Assembly: GCA_963761335.1 (NCBI GenBank)
Contig: CAVXGR010000004.1
Span: forward strand, 32,001 to 96,000
DNA length: 64,000 bases
Direction of reading: 5' to 3'
From: an uncultured delta proteobacterium
Lineage (GTDB): Bacteria; Desulfobacterota; Binatia; HRBIN30; BPIQ01
Under the pieces are notes generated by a model. That model made no database searches. It was not told where the DNA came from and saw nothing but the letters and a program-made list of their open reading frames with translations. Position 1 is the first letter of the stretch; each line of letters starts with the position of its first letter. The translations under genes were made by a program, and so were the position numbers. Below are positions 1-9,356 of the stretch, in pieces.

Positions 1-82
1 CGACGCGCGCGCCGCCCCAGACGGCGGCGATCAAGGGCGTGGCGACGAGAAAGATGGCGGTGACCCAGTTGATTCTACGCAT
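1..82 (-). CDS. N-terminal fragment of a membrane protein, possibly an acyl-CoA/fatty-acid desaturase (runs off the window)
   Basis: Manual translation from ATG at 82 on the minus strand gives MRRINWVTAIFLVATPLIAAVWGGARV, a hydrophobic start reminiscent of delta-9 desaturases. Only 27 codons are visible. Confidence 0.35.
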   Translation of the reverse strand, partial: MRRINWVTAIFLVATPLIAAVWGGARV

Positions 83-144
83 CGGATGTCTGACCTCGGG
101 AAGGAAGTCCTCCAGAGGTAGCACATCCGCGCGGCCACCGCACC

Positions 145-205
145 CCTGGGAGCGCGGCCATCCTGGCCGCATCCCCAGAGCGGCCAGGATGGCCGCGCTC
201 CCAGG
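145..205. repeat. REP-like palindrome (CTGGGAGCGCGGCC family); may act as the ilvD terminator
   Basis: Perfect 26-bp inverted arms CCTGGGAGCGCGGCCATCCTGGCCGC / GCGGCCAGGATGGCCGCGCTCCCAGG directly after the ilvD stop. A degenerate copy lies at about 24718-24788. Confidence 0.8.
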
Positions 206-2056
206 TTACTTCTCGACCTGCGATACGTCGCGCACGGCGCCGCGGGCGGCGCTGGTGGTCATCGCGGCGTAGGCGCGCAGGGCCGGCGAGACCTGGCGGT
301 CGCGACCGGCGGGCTTCCAGGCGCCGCCGCCGCGCGCCTGCATGGTGGCGCGGCGCCGCTGCAGCTCCTCGTCGGAGATGCCGACGCGGATCGAGCGGTT
401 GGGAATGTCGATGTGGATCATGTCGCCTTCTTCCACCAGGCCGATGGCGCCGCCTTCGGCGGCTTCGGGCGAGACGTGGCCGATGGAGAGGCCGGAGGTC
501 CCACCGGAGAAGCGGCCGTCGGTGATCAGGGCGCAGTGCTTGCCGAGGCCTTTCGACTTCAGATAGCTCGTCGGATAGAGCATCTCCTGCATTCCGGGGC
601 CGCCCTTCGGGCCCTCGTAGCGGATGATGACGATGTCGCCGGTCTTGATCTGATCGAGCAGGATCGCTTGAACCGCCGCCTCCTGGCTCTCCAGCACCCG
701 TGCCGGACCCGAGAAGACGAGGATGCTGTCGTCGACTCCCGCCGTCTTCACGATGCAGCCGTCGGGCGCGATGTTGCCGTAGAGGATCGCCAGGCCACCG
801 TCCCTGCTGTAGGCGTGCTCGAGGTCGCGGATGCAGCCGCCGGCGCGATCGAGGTCGAGCTCGCTGTAGCGGCGCGACTGGCTGAAGGCGACGGTCGTGG
901 GCACGCCGCCGGGGGCGGCGGAGTAGAACACCGCGACCTCGGGATCCTGGCTGCGGCGAACATCCCAGCGCTCGAGCGCTTCGCCCATCGTCGTGCTGTG
1001 CACGGTCGGCACGTCGCGGTGCAGCAGACCGGCGCGCTCGAGCTCGCCGAGAATGGCGATCACGCCGCCGGCGCGGTGCACGTCCTCGAGGTGGTACAGC
1101 GGCGAGCTCGGCGCCACCTTGCAGAGGTTCGGCACGCGACGCGACAGGCGATCGATGTCCGCCATGGAGAACGGCACCTGCGCTTCCTGGGCGGCGGCGA
1201 GGAGGTGCAGGACGGTGTTGGTGGAGCCGCCCATGGCGATGTCGAGGCTCATGGCGTTCTCGAAGGAGGCAAAGCCGGCCACCGAGCGCGGCAGCACGGT
1301 CGCGTCCTCCTGCTCGTAGTAGCGGCGCGCCAGATCGACGATGCGGCGACCGGCCTCGAGAAACAGCTTCTCGCGGCCGGCGTGGGTGGCCAGCAGCGTG
1401 CCGTTGCCCGGCAGCGACAGGCCGAGCGCCTCGGTGAGGCAGTTCATCGAGTTCGCCGTGAACATGCCCGAGCAGGAGCCGCAGGTGGGGCACGCGGAGC
1501 GCTCCATGGCGGCCGAATCCTCGTCACTGATCTTCGGATTGGCGGCGGCGACCATGGCATCGATGAGGTCGAGATGCAGCTCCTGATCCTTGAGAACGAT
1601 CTTTCCCGCCTCCATCGGCCCGCCGGAGACGAATACCGCCGGAACGTTGAGCCGCAGTGCCGCCATCAGCATTCCGGGAGTGATCTTGTCGCAGTTGGAG
1701 ATGCACACCAGGGCATCGGCGCAGTGGGCGTTCACCATGTACTCGACGGCGTCGGCGATGAGCTCGCGCGAGGGCAGGCTGTAGAGCATGCCGCCGTGGC
1801 CCATGGCGATGCCGTCGTCGACGGCGATGGTGTTGAACTCCTTGGCCACGCCGCCGGCCCTTTCGATCTCCCGCGCCACCAGCTGTCCCAGATCCTTGAG
1901 GTGCACGTGGCCGGGGACGAACTGGGTGAAGGAATTGGCCACGGCGATGATCGGTTTGTCGAAGTCGCCGTCCTTCATTCCGGTGGCGCGCCAGAGGGCG
2001 CGCGCCCCCGCCATGTTGCGGCCATGGGTGGTGGTTCGCGATCGATACTCAGGCAT
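206..2056 (-). CDS. ilvD: Dihydroxy-acid dehydratase
   Basis: Start [27 protein letters not shown]; motifs [37 protein letters not shown] and TDGRFSGG. Confidence 0.97.
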   Translation of the reverse strand: MPEYRSRTTTHGRNMAGARALWRATGMKDGDFDKPIIAVANSFTQFVPGHVHLKDLGQLVAREIERAGGVAKEFNTIAVDDGIAMGHGGMLYSLPSRELIADAVEYMVNAHCADALVCISNCDKITPGMLMAALRLNVPAVFVSGGPMEAGKIVLKDQELHLDLIDAMVAAANPKISDEDSAAMERSACPTCGSCSGMFTANSMNCLTEALGLSLPGNGTLLATHAGREKLFLEAGRRIVDLARRYYEQEDATVLPRSVAGFASFENAMSLDIAMGGSTNTVLHLLAAAQEAQVPFSMADIDRLSRRVPNLCKVAPSSPLYHLEDVHRAGGVIAILGELERAGLLHRDVPTVHSTTMGEALERWDVRRSQDPEVAVFYSAAPGGVPTTVAFSQSRRYSELDLDRAGGCIRDLEHAYSRDGGLAILYGNIAPDGCIVKTAGVDDSILVFSGPARVLESQEAAVQAILLDQIKTGDIVIIRYEGPKGGPGMQEMLYPTSYLKSKGLGKHCALITDGRFSGGTSGLSIGHVSPEAAEGGAIGLVEEGDMIHIDIPNRSIRVGISDEELQRRRATMQARGGGAWKPAGRDRQVSPALRAYAAMTTSAARGAVRDVSQVEK

Positions 2057-2174
2057 GGGCCGAATCCTCCCGCATGTGGATTTGTAGAAGTCTACCGCGC
2101 CCGGCCGCCCAGCGCGAGCCTGAGCCACTGAGTTGCGCCGGGAGGCGTCGCAGTGTACGCAACCGAGTTGCCGC

Positions 2175-3365
2175 ATGACTCGCGCGTGGCTGCTCATCTG
2201 CGTGGCGTTCGCCGTGACCCTTCCGGCTCTTGCCATTCGCCTCGGCGGTGCGCACCCGGCGCCGATTCCGGGAGCCGTGGTCTTCGGCATTGCCATCCTC
2301 GGCGGCGCTTTCCTGCTCACCTGGGCGGCCGAGGTGGCAGAGATGGATGTGGCCCAGGGTCTGGCGATCGCCTTCCTTGCCCTGGTGGCGGTGCTGCCCG
2401 AGTACGCCGTCGACTTGTACTTCGCCTGGGCGGCGGCCCGGGAACCGGCCTACACCGCCTACGCCACGGCCAACATGACCGGTGCCAACCGGCTGCTGAT
2501 CGGTATCGCCTGGCCGCTGATCGTGGTCCTCCATTGGTTTCGCAGCCGGCGTACCGAGCTGGTGCTCCCGGAGAGCCGCTCGGTCGAGCTCGTCTTTCTC
2601 AGCCTGGCCACCGTCTACTCGTTCGTGATCCCGCTCAAGGGCACGATCTCGCCGATCGACCTGGCGGTCCTGGTAGGGCTGTTCGTCGCCTACATGTGGC
2701 GTATCTCCGGCGCCGAGGCGGGTGAGCCCGAGCTGGTCGGTCCGGCACTGGCGCTCGCGGCGCTGCGGCCGCCGGCGCGCCGCGGCTTCGTGATCGGCTT
2801 CTTCCTCTTTGCCGCCGGTGTGATCCTGGCGTCGGCGGAGCCCTTTGCCGAGGCCCTGATCGCCACCGGCAAGGCCGCCGGCATCGACGAGTTCCTGCTG
2901 GTGCAATGGCTGGCGCCGGTGGCCTCGGAAGCCCCTGAGATCGTCATCGCCTGTATTCTGACCTTCCGCGGCGATGCCCAGGCCGGCATGGGTGCGATGG
3001 TGTCGTCGAAGGTGAACCAGTGGACGCTGCTGGTCGGGACCCTGCCCCTGGTCTACAGCGTCTCCCTCGGGCATCCCGGCGCGCTGCATCTCGACGCCCG
3101 CCAGGTCGAGGAGATTCTGCTCACCTCGTCGCAGTCGCTGTTCGCCGTCGCCGTGCTCGCCAACTTGCGCCTCTCGCTCGCCGAGGCGGCGGCTCTCTTC
3201 GGGTTGTTCACGGTCCAGCTGTGCTTTCCCGACCCCACCGTGCGCTACGCGTTCTGCGGCCTCTATCTCGCTCTGGCCGCGATCGTCCTCTGGCGGCGCC
3301 GCTCGGTGCTCGGTGCCTTCCTGCGCTCGGGATTGCGCCGCCCGCTGGCACGCGAGCGGTCGTGA
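2175..3365 (+). CDS. Sodium/calcium exchanger (CaCA) family cation antiporter
   Basis: Multi-TM protein with alpha-repeat-like motifs AVLPEYAVD...ANMTGANR and ASEAPE...SSKVNQWT. Confidence 0.8.
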   Translation: MTRAWLLICVAFAVTLPALAIRLGGAHPAPIPGAVVFGIAILGGAFLLTWAAEVAEMDVAQGLAIAFLALVAVLPEYAVDLYFAWAAAREPAYTAYATANMTGANRLLIGIAWPLIVVLHWFRSRRTELVLPESRSVELVFLSLATVYSFVIPLKGTISPIDLAVLVGLFVAYMWRISGAEAGEPELVGPALALAALRPPARRGFVIGFFLFAAGVILASAEPFAEALIATGKAAGIDEFLLVQWLAPVASEAPEIVIACILTFRGDAQAGMGAMVSSKVNQWTLLVGTLPLVYSVSLGHPGALHLDARQVEEILLTSSQSLFAVAVLANLRLSLAEAAALFGLFTVQLCFPDPTVRYAFCGLYLALAAIVLWRRRSVLGAFLRSGLRRPLARERS

Positions 3366-3434
3366 GACACCGGAGTGCGGGGACGTTTGCGTCGACGAAC
3401 ATCGCCCGGCCAGCGGCGCCGGCACGCGGGCAGA

Positions 3435-3483
3435 GTAGAAGCGGCGTCTCGCCGCTTCGGAAGCGCCGGGACGGCGCTTCTAC
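3435..3483. repeat. GTAG-type REP doublet
   Basis: GTAGAAGCGGCGTCTCGCCGCTTC-GGAAGCGCCGGGACGGCGCTTCTAC: two inverted hairpins bounded by GTAG and CTAC. A related copy lies at 26828-26875. Confidence 0.8.
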
Positions 3484-3590
3484 TTTGGTCTCGGGAGAGC
3501 CTCGCCAATCCCGGGAATCACGCGGTCTCTCATGGCGCGCCCCGATAGGGGCGCGGGCATCTGGCGCGCGGCTGGCGCGGCGATGACGAT

Positions 3591-4652
3591 ATGACCCACG
3601 CCGTTCACGATCGCGTCCTCGATTTCATCGCCGCCCCGGTCGAGGAGAAGTTCGATGCCTTGGCGCTGGAGGTGTTCCGGCACCAGCTCGAATACGTCGA
3701 GCCATACCGCCGCTACTGTGGGCGCCGCGGCGCCGGGGCCGAGACGGTCGGCAGCTGGAGCCAGGTTCCTCCGGTGCCGGTATTGGCGTTCAAGGAGGTG
3801 GAGCTCGCCTGCGCCTCACCCGAGCGCCTCTTCCGCTCCACCGGGACGACGCGCGGAGACCAGCGCCGCAGCGTCCACGCCATGCCCGACCTGCGCCTGT
3901 ACCGCGCCAGCGCCGTCGCCGGCATGAAGCGCTTTCTCTTCCCCGACGGTGGCGCCATGCGCCTCCTCTCGCTGATTCACTCGGCCGCGGAGCGGCCCGA
4001 GTCGTCGCTGGCGCAGATGGCGGATTGGGCAATGGAGGAGCTCGCCGCGGGGGGCGAAAGCCTCTGCGCCGCCACCGGCGCCGCCATCGACGTCGAGGCA
4101 GCCGCCGCGACGGTGCGCGCCAGCGAGCGCGACGGCAGGCCCCTGTGCGTCATGGCGACCACTGCGGCCCTGGTGCGCTTCCTCGACGCCTTGCGCGAGC
4201 GATGCTGGACCTTTCGACTGCCGCACGGAAGTCGGGTGATGGACACCGGGGGCACCAAGGGATCGCCGCGACCGGTGTCGCGCCGAGGTCTGCTGCACGC
4301 GGTATGGGGGGCTCTGGCGGTGCCCGGCTATCTCTGCGTCAACGAGTACGGCATGAGCGAGCTCTCCTCACAGGCGTACGAGAATGTCATCGCCGACCGC
4401 ATCGCCGGGCGCTTCCGCCATCGCGCCCTGGTGACGCCGCCGTGGATGCGCACCCGGGTGCTGGACCCGCTCACCCTGCAAGAGGTGCCCGCCGGCGAGC
4501 GCGGTCTCCTCTGCCACTGCGACCTCGCCAACGCCGGCACCGCGATGGCGGTGCTCACCGAAGACATGGGCCGCCTGACGAACGACGGCTTCGAGCTCCT
4601 CGGCCGCGCCACTGGAGCGGAAATGCGCGGCTGCTCGTTGATCTGGGGGTGA
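3591..4652 (+). CDS. LuxE-like acyl-protein synthetase
   Basis: FRSTGTT adenylation loop, MDTGGTKG, NEYGMSELSSQAY, DLAN, TEDMG and C-terminal GRATGAEMRGCS (acylated Cys motif of the LuxE family). Confidence 0.8.
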   Translation: MTHAVHDRVLDFIAAPVEEKFDALALEVFRHQLEYVEPYRRYCGRRGAGAETVGSWSQVPPVPVLAFKEVELACASPERLFRSTGTTRGDQRRSVHAMPDLRLYRASAVAGMKRFLFPDGGAMRLLSLIHSAAERPESSLAQMADWAMEELAAGGESLCAATGAAIDVEAAAATVRASERDGRPLCVMATTAALVRFLDALRERCWTFRLPHGSRVMDTGGTKGSPRPVSRRGLLHAVWGALAVPGYLCVNEYGMSELSSQAYENVIADRIAGRFRHRALVTPPWMRTRVLDPLTLQEVPAGERGLLCHCDLANAGTAMAVLTEDMGRLTNDGFELLGRATGAEMRGCSLIWG

Positions 4653-4856
4653 GGCGGTTGTTAGGTTGTTGGGTTGTTAGGTTGTTGAGTTGTTAGGTTG
4701 TTAGGTGAGGAGCCAAGAGGCGGTTGTTAGGTTGTTGAGTTGTTAGGTTGTTAGGTGAGGAGCCAAGAGGCGGTTGTTAGGTTGTTGAGTTGTTAGGTTG
4801 TTAGGTGAGGAGCCAACAACCAACAACCAACAACCAACAACTAACAACTAACAACC
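4651..4856. repeat. Short tandem repeat inverted array (GGTTGTTA / CAACAAC) with a triplicated 50-bp superunit
   Basis: Superunit GAGGCGGTTGTTAGGTTGTTGAGTTGTTAGGTTGTTAGGTGAGGAGCCAA starts at 4651 (with 16 extra nt), 4717 and 4767, followed by (CCAACAA/CTAACAA)n. Confidence 0.9.
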
Positions 4857-5729
4857 TGCCTTCAATCGTCGCAGCGCCTCCTCGTACTTCTCCGCCGTCT
4901 TGCGGACGATGTCACCGGGCAACTCCGGCGCCGGCGGCTGGTGGTTCCAGCCGATGGAGTTCAGGTAGTCGCGGACGAACTGCTTGTCGAAGCTCGGCTG
5001 CGAGCGCCCGGGCTCGTAGGTGTCCATGGCCCAGAAGCGCGACGAGTCGGGGGTGAAGATCTCGTCGATGACGAGGAGCTCGCCGTCGCACATGCCGAAC
5101 TCGAACTTGGTGTCGGCGATGATGATGCCGCGCTCTTCGGCGCGTGCCGCCGCAAAGCGGTAGAGCGCCAGGCTGGCGTCGCGCACGGCGGCGGCGTGCT
5201 CGGCGCCGATGATGTCGCAGGCCTGGGCAAAGGAGATGTTCTGGTCGTGCTCGCCCATCGGTGCCTTGGTCGACGGCGTGAACAGGGCCTCGGGGAGCCG
5301 ATCCGATTCGCGCAAGCTCGGCGGCAGCTCGATGCCGCAGACCTTGCCGGTCTTGCGGTAGTCGTTCCAGCCCGAGCCGGCGAGATAGCCGCGCACGATC
5401 GCCTCCACCTTGAGCGGCTGCGCCTTGCGCGCCACCACGGCGCGGCCCTCGAGCGGCTGCCGGGCGGCGGCGTCGCGAACGAACTCGGCGAGCGGTCGCT
5501 CGAGCAGATGGTTGGGAATGATCTGCTTCGTCTGCGCGAACCAGAAGTTCGACAGCTGCGTGAGAATCCACCCCTTGCGCGGAATCGGCGTGGGCAGAAC
5601 CACGTCGAAGGCCGAGAGTCGATCGGTGGCGACGATGAGCACGGCCGAGCCGAGGTCATAGACGTCGCGTACCTTGCCGCGGTGGAGCAGGGGGATCTCC
5701 GGAATTTTCGACTGGAAGAGGATGTCCAT
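4848..5729 (-). CDS. purC: Phosphoribosylaminoimidazole-succinocarboxamide (SAICAR) synthase
   Basis: GKVRDVY, VATDRLSAFD, FTPSTKA, IIADTKFEFG, DEIFTPDSSRFW, DKQFVRDYL. Confidence 0.97.
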   Translation of the reverse strand: MDILFQSKIPEIPLLHRGKVRDVYDLGSAVLIVATDRLSAFDVVLPTPIPRKGWILTQLSNFWFAQTKQIIPNHLLERPLAEFVRDAAARQPLEGRAVVARKAQPLKVEAIVRGYLAGSGWNDYRKTGKVCGIELPPSLRESDRLPEALFTPSTKAPMGEHDQNISFAQACDIIGAEHAAAVRDASLALYRFAAARAEERGIIIADTKFEFGMCDGELLVIDEIFTPDSSRFWAMDTYEPGRSQPSFDKQFVRDYLNSIGWNHQPPAPELPGDIVRKTAEKYEEALRRLKAGC

Positions 5730-5777
5730 GGGGGACCGCTATCGCACAGGAAGCCGCCCATTTGAAGAAGGCATTTC

Positions 5778-5929
5778 CCCGTGCCCGTGCCCCTGCCCTT
5801 GCCCGTGCCCGCGTGCCCCCCGGGGGTGTTGAGGTGTTGAGGTGTTGGCGGTTGGGGGCTCCGCACCGGCCCCCCGTATCACTTCCCGGTCTTCTTCAGC
5901 CAACACCCAACACCCAACACCTCAACACC
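5778..5929. repeat. Short tandem repeat tract (CCCGTG)n plus a GGTGTTGA / CAACACC inverted array
   Basis: Visible repeats between the divergent purC and luxC-like genes; the same GGTGTTGA family recurs at 38624-38690. Confidence 0.75.
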
Positions 5930-5988
5930 CGCGGGTGGGGGAAGGAGGGGGCTGCGCATTCGACGGTGCTTCCGGTATCCTGGCGCCC

Positions 5989-7239
5989 ATGAGAGATGCG
6001 ATCGCCGCCGAGGCGGTGCGCGCCGTGGCCGAGCGGCTGCGGCGGGCGCGATGCGGTCTGGCGCGGCGCCCCTTGGAGCAGATCCTCGGCACCCTCGATG
6101 CGGTGATCGCCTCGTGGCTCTCGCCCGGCTCGCCGTGGATGGAGAGGGCGGTGAGCGAGCTCTCCGAGAGCACCGGCTTCTCGCGTCCGATGCTGGCCTA
6201 CGCCCTGCCATTGCTGCTCGAGCCGTTGCGCGGCGAATCCATGGCCGCCCTTCTCGACGAGGAGATCGGCGATCGGCGGCGACTGGACACCGCCGACTGG
6301 GCCGGGCCTCGCCTGGTGGCGCACGTGCTCCCCGGGAACATTCCGGCGCTGGCTGCTTCGGCCATCTGCCTTTCGCTGGCGGCCAAGGCCGCGGCGTTGA
6401 TCAAGGCGCCGGCGGAGGACCGCGTCTTTCCCGTCGCCTTCGCCGAGTCGATCGCCGCCGCCGACCCGGAGCTCGGCGACGCGGCCGCGGTCGTCTACTG
6501 GCGCGGCGGCGACGCCGAGGTCGAGCGCGCCGCCTTCGCGATGGCCGACGTCGTCGAGGTGGCCGGAGGCGATGAGGCGGTGGCGGCGGTGCGCGCCCGG
6601 GCTCCGGGGCGCGTGCTCGGCCACGGCAGCAAGATCAGCTTTGCGCTGCTGGGCGCCGAGGTGGTGCGCGACGATGCGGCACTGGGCGCCGCGACGGAAG
6701 CGCTGGGCGAGGATGTGTCCCTCTGGGACCAGCGCGGCTGCCTCTCTCCTCAGGTGATCTTCGTCGAAGGGGGGCGCGATGCGGTGGACCGCGTTGCTGC
6801 CCGATTGGAGCCGGTGCTCGAGCGCTGGGCGCAGCGCTTGCCGCCGCGGCGCCTGGCCCTGGAGGAGAAGGCGTTGGTGCACCGCTTCCGAGAAAGCGTC
6901 GAGTGGCGCGGCGGCGCGCGGCTGCGCTGCGGGGCGCCGGGCTGGGCTCTGGTGCTCGAGGATGAGCCGGCGCTGCAGCCCACCTGCCTGCACCGCACCG
7001 TGCGCGTGCAGCCGCTGGCGGATCACGAGACGCTGGCACGCTGCCTGGCGGCGCGACGGCCGCACCTCGAGGCGGCGGGCTTGGCGGTGGCGCCGGCGAG
7101 AGGCGCGTCGCTCGGCGCGGCGCTGCGCGCCGCCGGAGTACACCGCGTCTGCGCCGTCGGGGAGATGCAGCGGCCCGATCTGCGCTGGAAGCCGAGCGGC
7201 CTGCCGCGGGTCGCGAGCTGGCTCCCCGAGCGACACTGA
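5989..7239 (+). CDS. LuxC-like acyl-CoA reductase
   Basis: HVLPGNIP, GGDEAV, GHGSKISF and DQRGCLSPQ (catalytic Cys) match the LuxC/ALDH-like fold. Confidence 0.8.
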   Translation: MRDAIAAEAVRAVAERLRRARCGLARRPLEQILGTLDAVIASWLSPGSPWMERAVSELSESTGFSRPMLAYALPLLLEPLRGESMAALLDEEIGDRRRLDTADWAGPRLVAHVLPGNIPALAASAICLSLAAKAAALIKAPAEDRVFPVAFAESIAAADPELGDAAAVVYWRGGDAEVERAAFAMADVVEVAGGDEAVAAVRARAPGRVLGHGSKISFALLGAEVVRDDAALGAATEALGEDVSLWDQRGCLSPQVIFVEGGRDAVDRVAARLEPVLERWAQRLPPRRLALEEKALVHRFRESVEWRGGARLRCGAPGWALVLEDEPALQPTCLHRTVRVQPLADHETLARCLAARRPHLEAAGLAVAPARGASLGAALRAAGVHRVCAVGEMQRPDLRWKPSGLPRVASWLPERH

Positions 7240-7240
7240 G

Positions 7241-8425
7241 ATGGACTGCCGGGAAGAGTTCCTGCGCTACGTCTGCCAGACGAGCTCGTCGCCCATGGGC
7301 CTGGTGGTGCAGCGCGCCGCCGGCAGCACCATCTGGGACGAGTCCGGGCGCGCTTATCTCGACTTTCTCGCCGGCATCGGCGTGGCCAACGTCGGCCATA
7401 CCAACGCCGATGTCGTCGCTGCGGTGCAGCGGCAGGCGGAGAGCTACCTGCACGTGATGGTGTACGGCGAGATGGCGCTGCGCCCGCAGGCGGATCTGGC
7501 GCATCGTCTCGCCGAGATCACTCCGGGTGATCTGTCGGTCACCTACTTCACCAACAGCGGCACGGAGGCGGTGGAGGGTGCCTTGAAGACGGCGCGGAAG
7601 TACACCGGCCGGCCGCGCTTCGTGGCCTTCGAAGGCAGCTTCCACGGCGATACGCTCGGGTCGCTGTCGATCGGCGGCAACCCGCGCTACCGCGCACCCT
7701 TCGAGCCGCTTCTCGCCGGGGTCGAGCTGCTGCCTTTCGGAGACGTCGCTTCCCTGTCGCGCATCGACGGCACGGTTGCCGCCGTCATCGTCGAGCTCAT
7801 CCAGGGCGAGGCCGGAGTGCGGGTGCCGACGGCGGAGTTCGTCGCCGCACTGCGGCGCCGCTGCGACGAGGAAGGCGCTCTCCTCGTCGTCGACGAGGTG
7901 ATCACCGGATTTGGCCGCACCGGCCGCCTCTTCGCCTGTGAGCACTGGAACCTGGTGCCGGATCTGCTGGTGCTCGCCAAGGCGCTCGGCGGCGGCCTAC
8001 CGCTCGGCGCCTTCGTGGGCAAGACGGAGGTGATGGCCACGCTCTCGGCGGATCCGCCGCTGGCGCACGTGACCACTTTCGGCGGCCATCCGCTCTCCTG
8101 CGCCGCCGGCCTGGCGGCGCTGGATTATCTCGAGCGCCACGACCTCGTGCGACGGTCGGCGGCGCTCGGAGAGACGTTGCAGGCGAGCCTGCGGGAGCTC
8201 TGTGGCGGCGCTCTGCGGCGGGTGCGCGGCCGTGGCAGCCTGATCGCCCTCGACTTCGCGGACGCCGAGGCGACGCAGCGCTTCGTGCGGCGCTGTTTCG
8301 AGCGCGGTCTGATTCTCGGCTGGACCCTGCACCGCGACACGGTGGTGCGCCTGGCGCCGCCGCTGGTGCTGAGCAACGAGGAGATGGATCGAGGCGTGTC
8401 GATCATTTGCGAGGCGCTGGAGTAG
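7241..8425 (+). CDS. Class-III PLP-dependent aminotransferase (ArgD/putrescine aminotransferase-like)
   Basis: YLDFLAGIGVANVGH, NSGTEAVEGALK, SFHGDT, ELIQGEAG, DEVITGFGRTG, LAKALGGG, TTFGGHP. Confidence 0.9.
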   Translation: MDCREEFLRYVCQTSSSPMGLVVQRAAGSTIWDESGRAYLDFLAGIGVANVGHTNADVVAAVQRQAESYLHVMVYGEMALRPQADLAHRLAEITPGDLSVTYFTNSGTEAVEGALKTARKYTGRPRFVAFEGSFHGDTLGSLSIGGNPRYRAPFEPLLAGVELLPFGDVASLSRIDGTVAAVIVELIQGEAGVRVPTAEFVAALRRRCDEEGALLVVDEVITGFGRTGRLFACEHWNLVPDLLVLAKALGGGLPLGAFVGKTEVMATLSADPPLAHVTTFGGHPLSCAAGLAALDYLERHDLVRRSAALGETLQASLRELCGGALRRVRGRGSLIALDFADAEATQRFVRRCFERGLILGWTLHRDTVVRLAPPLVLSNEEMDRGVSIICEALE

Positions 8426-8528
8426 GAAGAAGGAGACTAGCTCCTGTTCGGCGCAAGCGAGGTGTACTTGCGATGTGCCTTTGACCGCCGAAAACGTGCG
8501 CGTCCCCGGTCACTGCAGCCGCTGGTCT

Positions 8529-8595
8529 GGGGACAGGCAACTTTTGCGCGCGTGTTTGCAACGTGGAACTGAACTCGAGCGGCAAAAGGAGCCTG
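8529..8595. repeat. GGGGACAGGC-family REP hairpin, interrupted in its right arm (remaining TCCCC at 9846-9850)
   Basis: GGGGACAGGCAACTTTTGCG...GGCAAAAGGAGCCTG, then the element array, then TCCCC. An intact homolog lies at 16749-16820. Confidence 0.85.
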
Positions 8596-9069
8596 CTTCG
8601 AAAATCTGTTGGGTGAAGGTCTGGCGGAGCGCACCGGGGCTTGGTGTGGAGCTCATCGCCCCGGAGGGTCTGTCGGAGCCCCGGCGCTGGCGTGGAGGCT
8701 TATCGCCCCGCAGGGGCGCAGGCATGTAGCCCCGGGTGTCAACCCGGGGACCGCGTTCCGATTGGCCCAGATCAGCGCCCCGCAGGGGCGCAGGCGTAGA
8801 GGCCGCGTGAATCACGTCGATGAGCTTCCCACGCACCCAGCGGTGATCATCGGCGTACAGGCGCGACATCGACGGAGGTTTGCCCGCGCCCCTGGCGGGG
8901 CGCCTATGGCGGAGCGCGCACTTTTCCCCGGGTTTCACCCGGGGCTACACGCCGCCGCCCCTCCGGGGCGAACTTCGCCGAGGCCAGAACCGCCAAATCT
9001 CTTCCCGGGTCAGAACCCTGGCCTCATTTTCATCGTCTGCTGGCGAGCCACAAAGCTCATGACGCACTG
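8596..9069 (+). mobile_element. Non-autonomous REP-carrying element, array unit 1
   Basis: Left end CTTCGAAAATCTGTTGGGTG, right end CATTTTCATCGTCT...GCTCATGACGCACTG. Internal GTAGCCCCGGGT..ACCCGGGG / CCCCGGGT..ACCCGGGGCTAC doublet. Confidence 0.8.
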
Positions 9070-9356
9070 CTTCGAAAATCTGTTGGGTGTGCGCTTCGGG
9101 GGCGCGTTCCCTCTCCCGCATTACTTGGCGGGAGAGGGTCAGGGTGAGGGTGCCGATCTCTGTGAAGGCCGTGGAGATTCACGAGCTTTCAGTGAGACAG
9201 GAACCCCTCACCTTGATCCTCTCCCCGCGGAAAGATGCAGGGAGAGGAGACCCGCCCCCGCGGCGCGGAAGTATCATCCCACGCGTCTGATCGGTGAATC
9301 AGGACGCCGCCCATTTTCATCGTCTACTGGCGAGCCGTAAGGCTCATGACGCACTG
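9070..9356 (+). mobile_element. Array unit 2: same ends, different cargo (CCCTCTCCC...GGGAGAGGG REP doublet)
   Basis: Starts CTTCGAAAATCTGTTGGGTG and ends CATTTTCATCGTCTACTGGCGAGCCGTAAGGCTCATGACGCACTG; the interior is unrelated to units 1 and 3. Confidence 0.8.

Noticed and set aside
4651..4816. 50-bp triplicate as a mini-CRISPR or telomere-like tract
   Set aside because: There are no unique spacers. TTAGG appears only as part of an 8-nt period, and no reverse transcriptase is in the window.
3591..7239. Bioluminescence (lux) operon
   Set aside because: No luxA, luxB, luxD or luxG is present; luxC/luxE homologs are widespread outside luminous bacteria.
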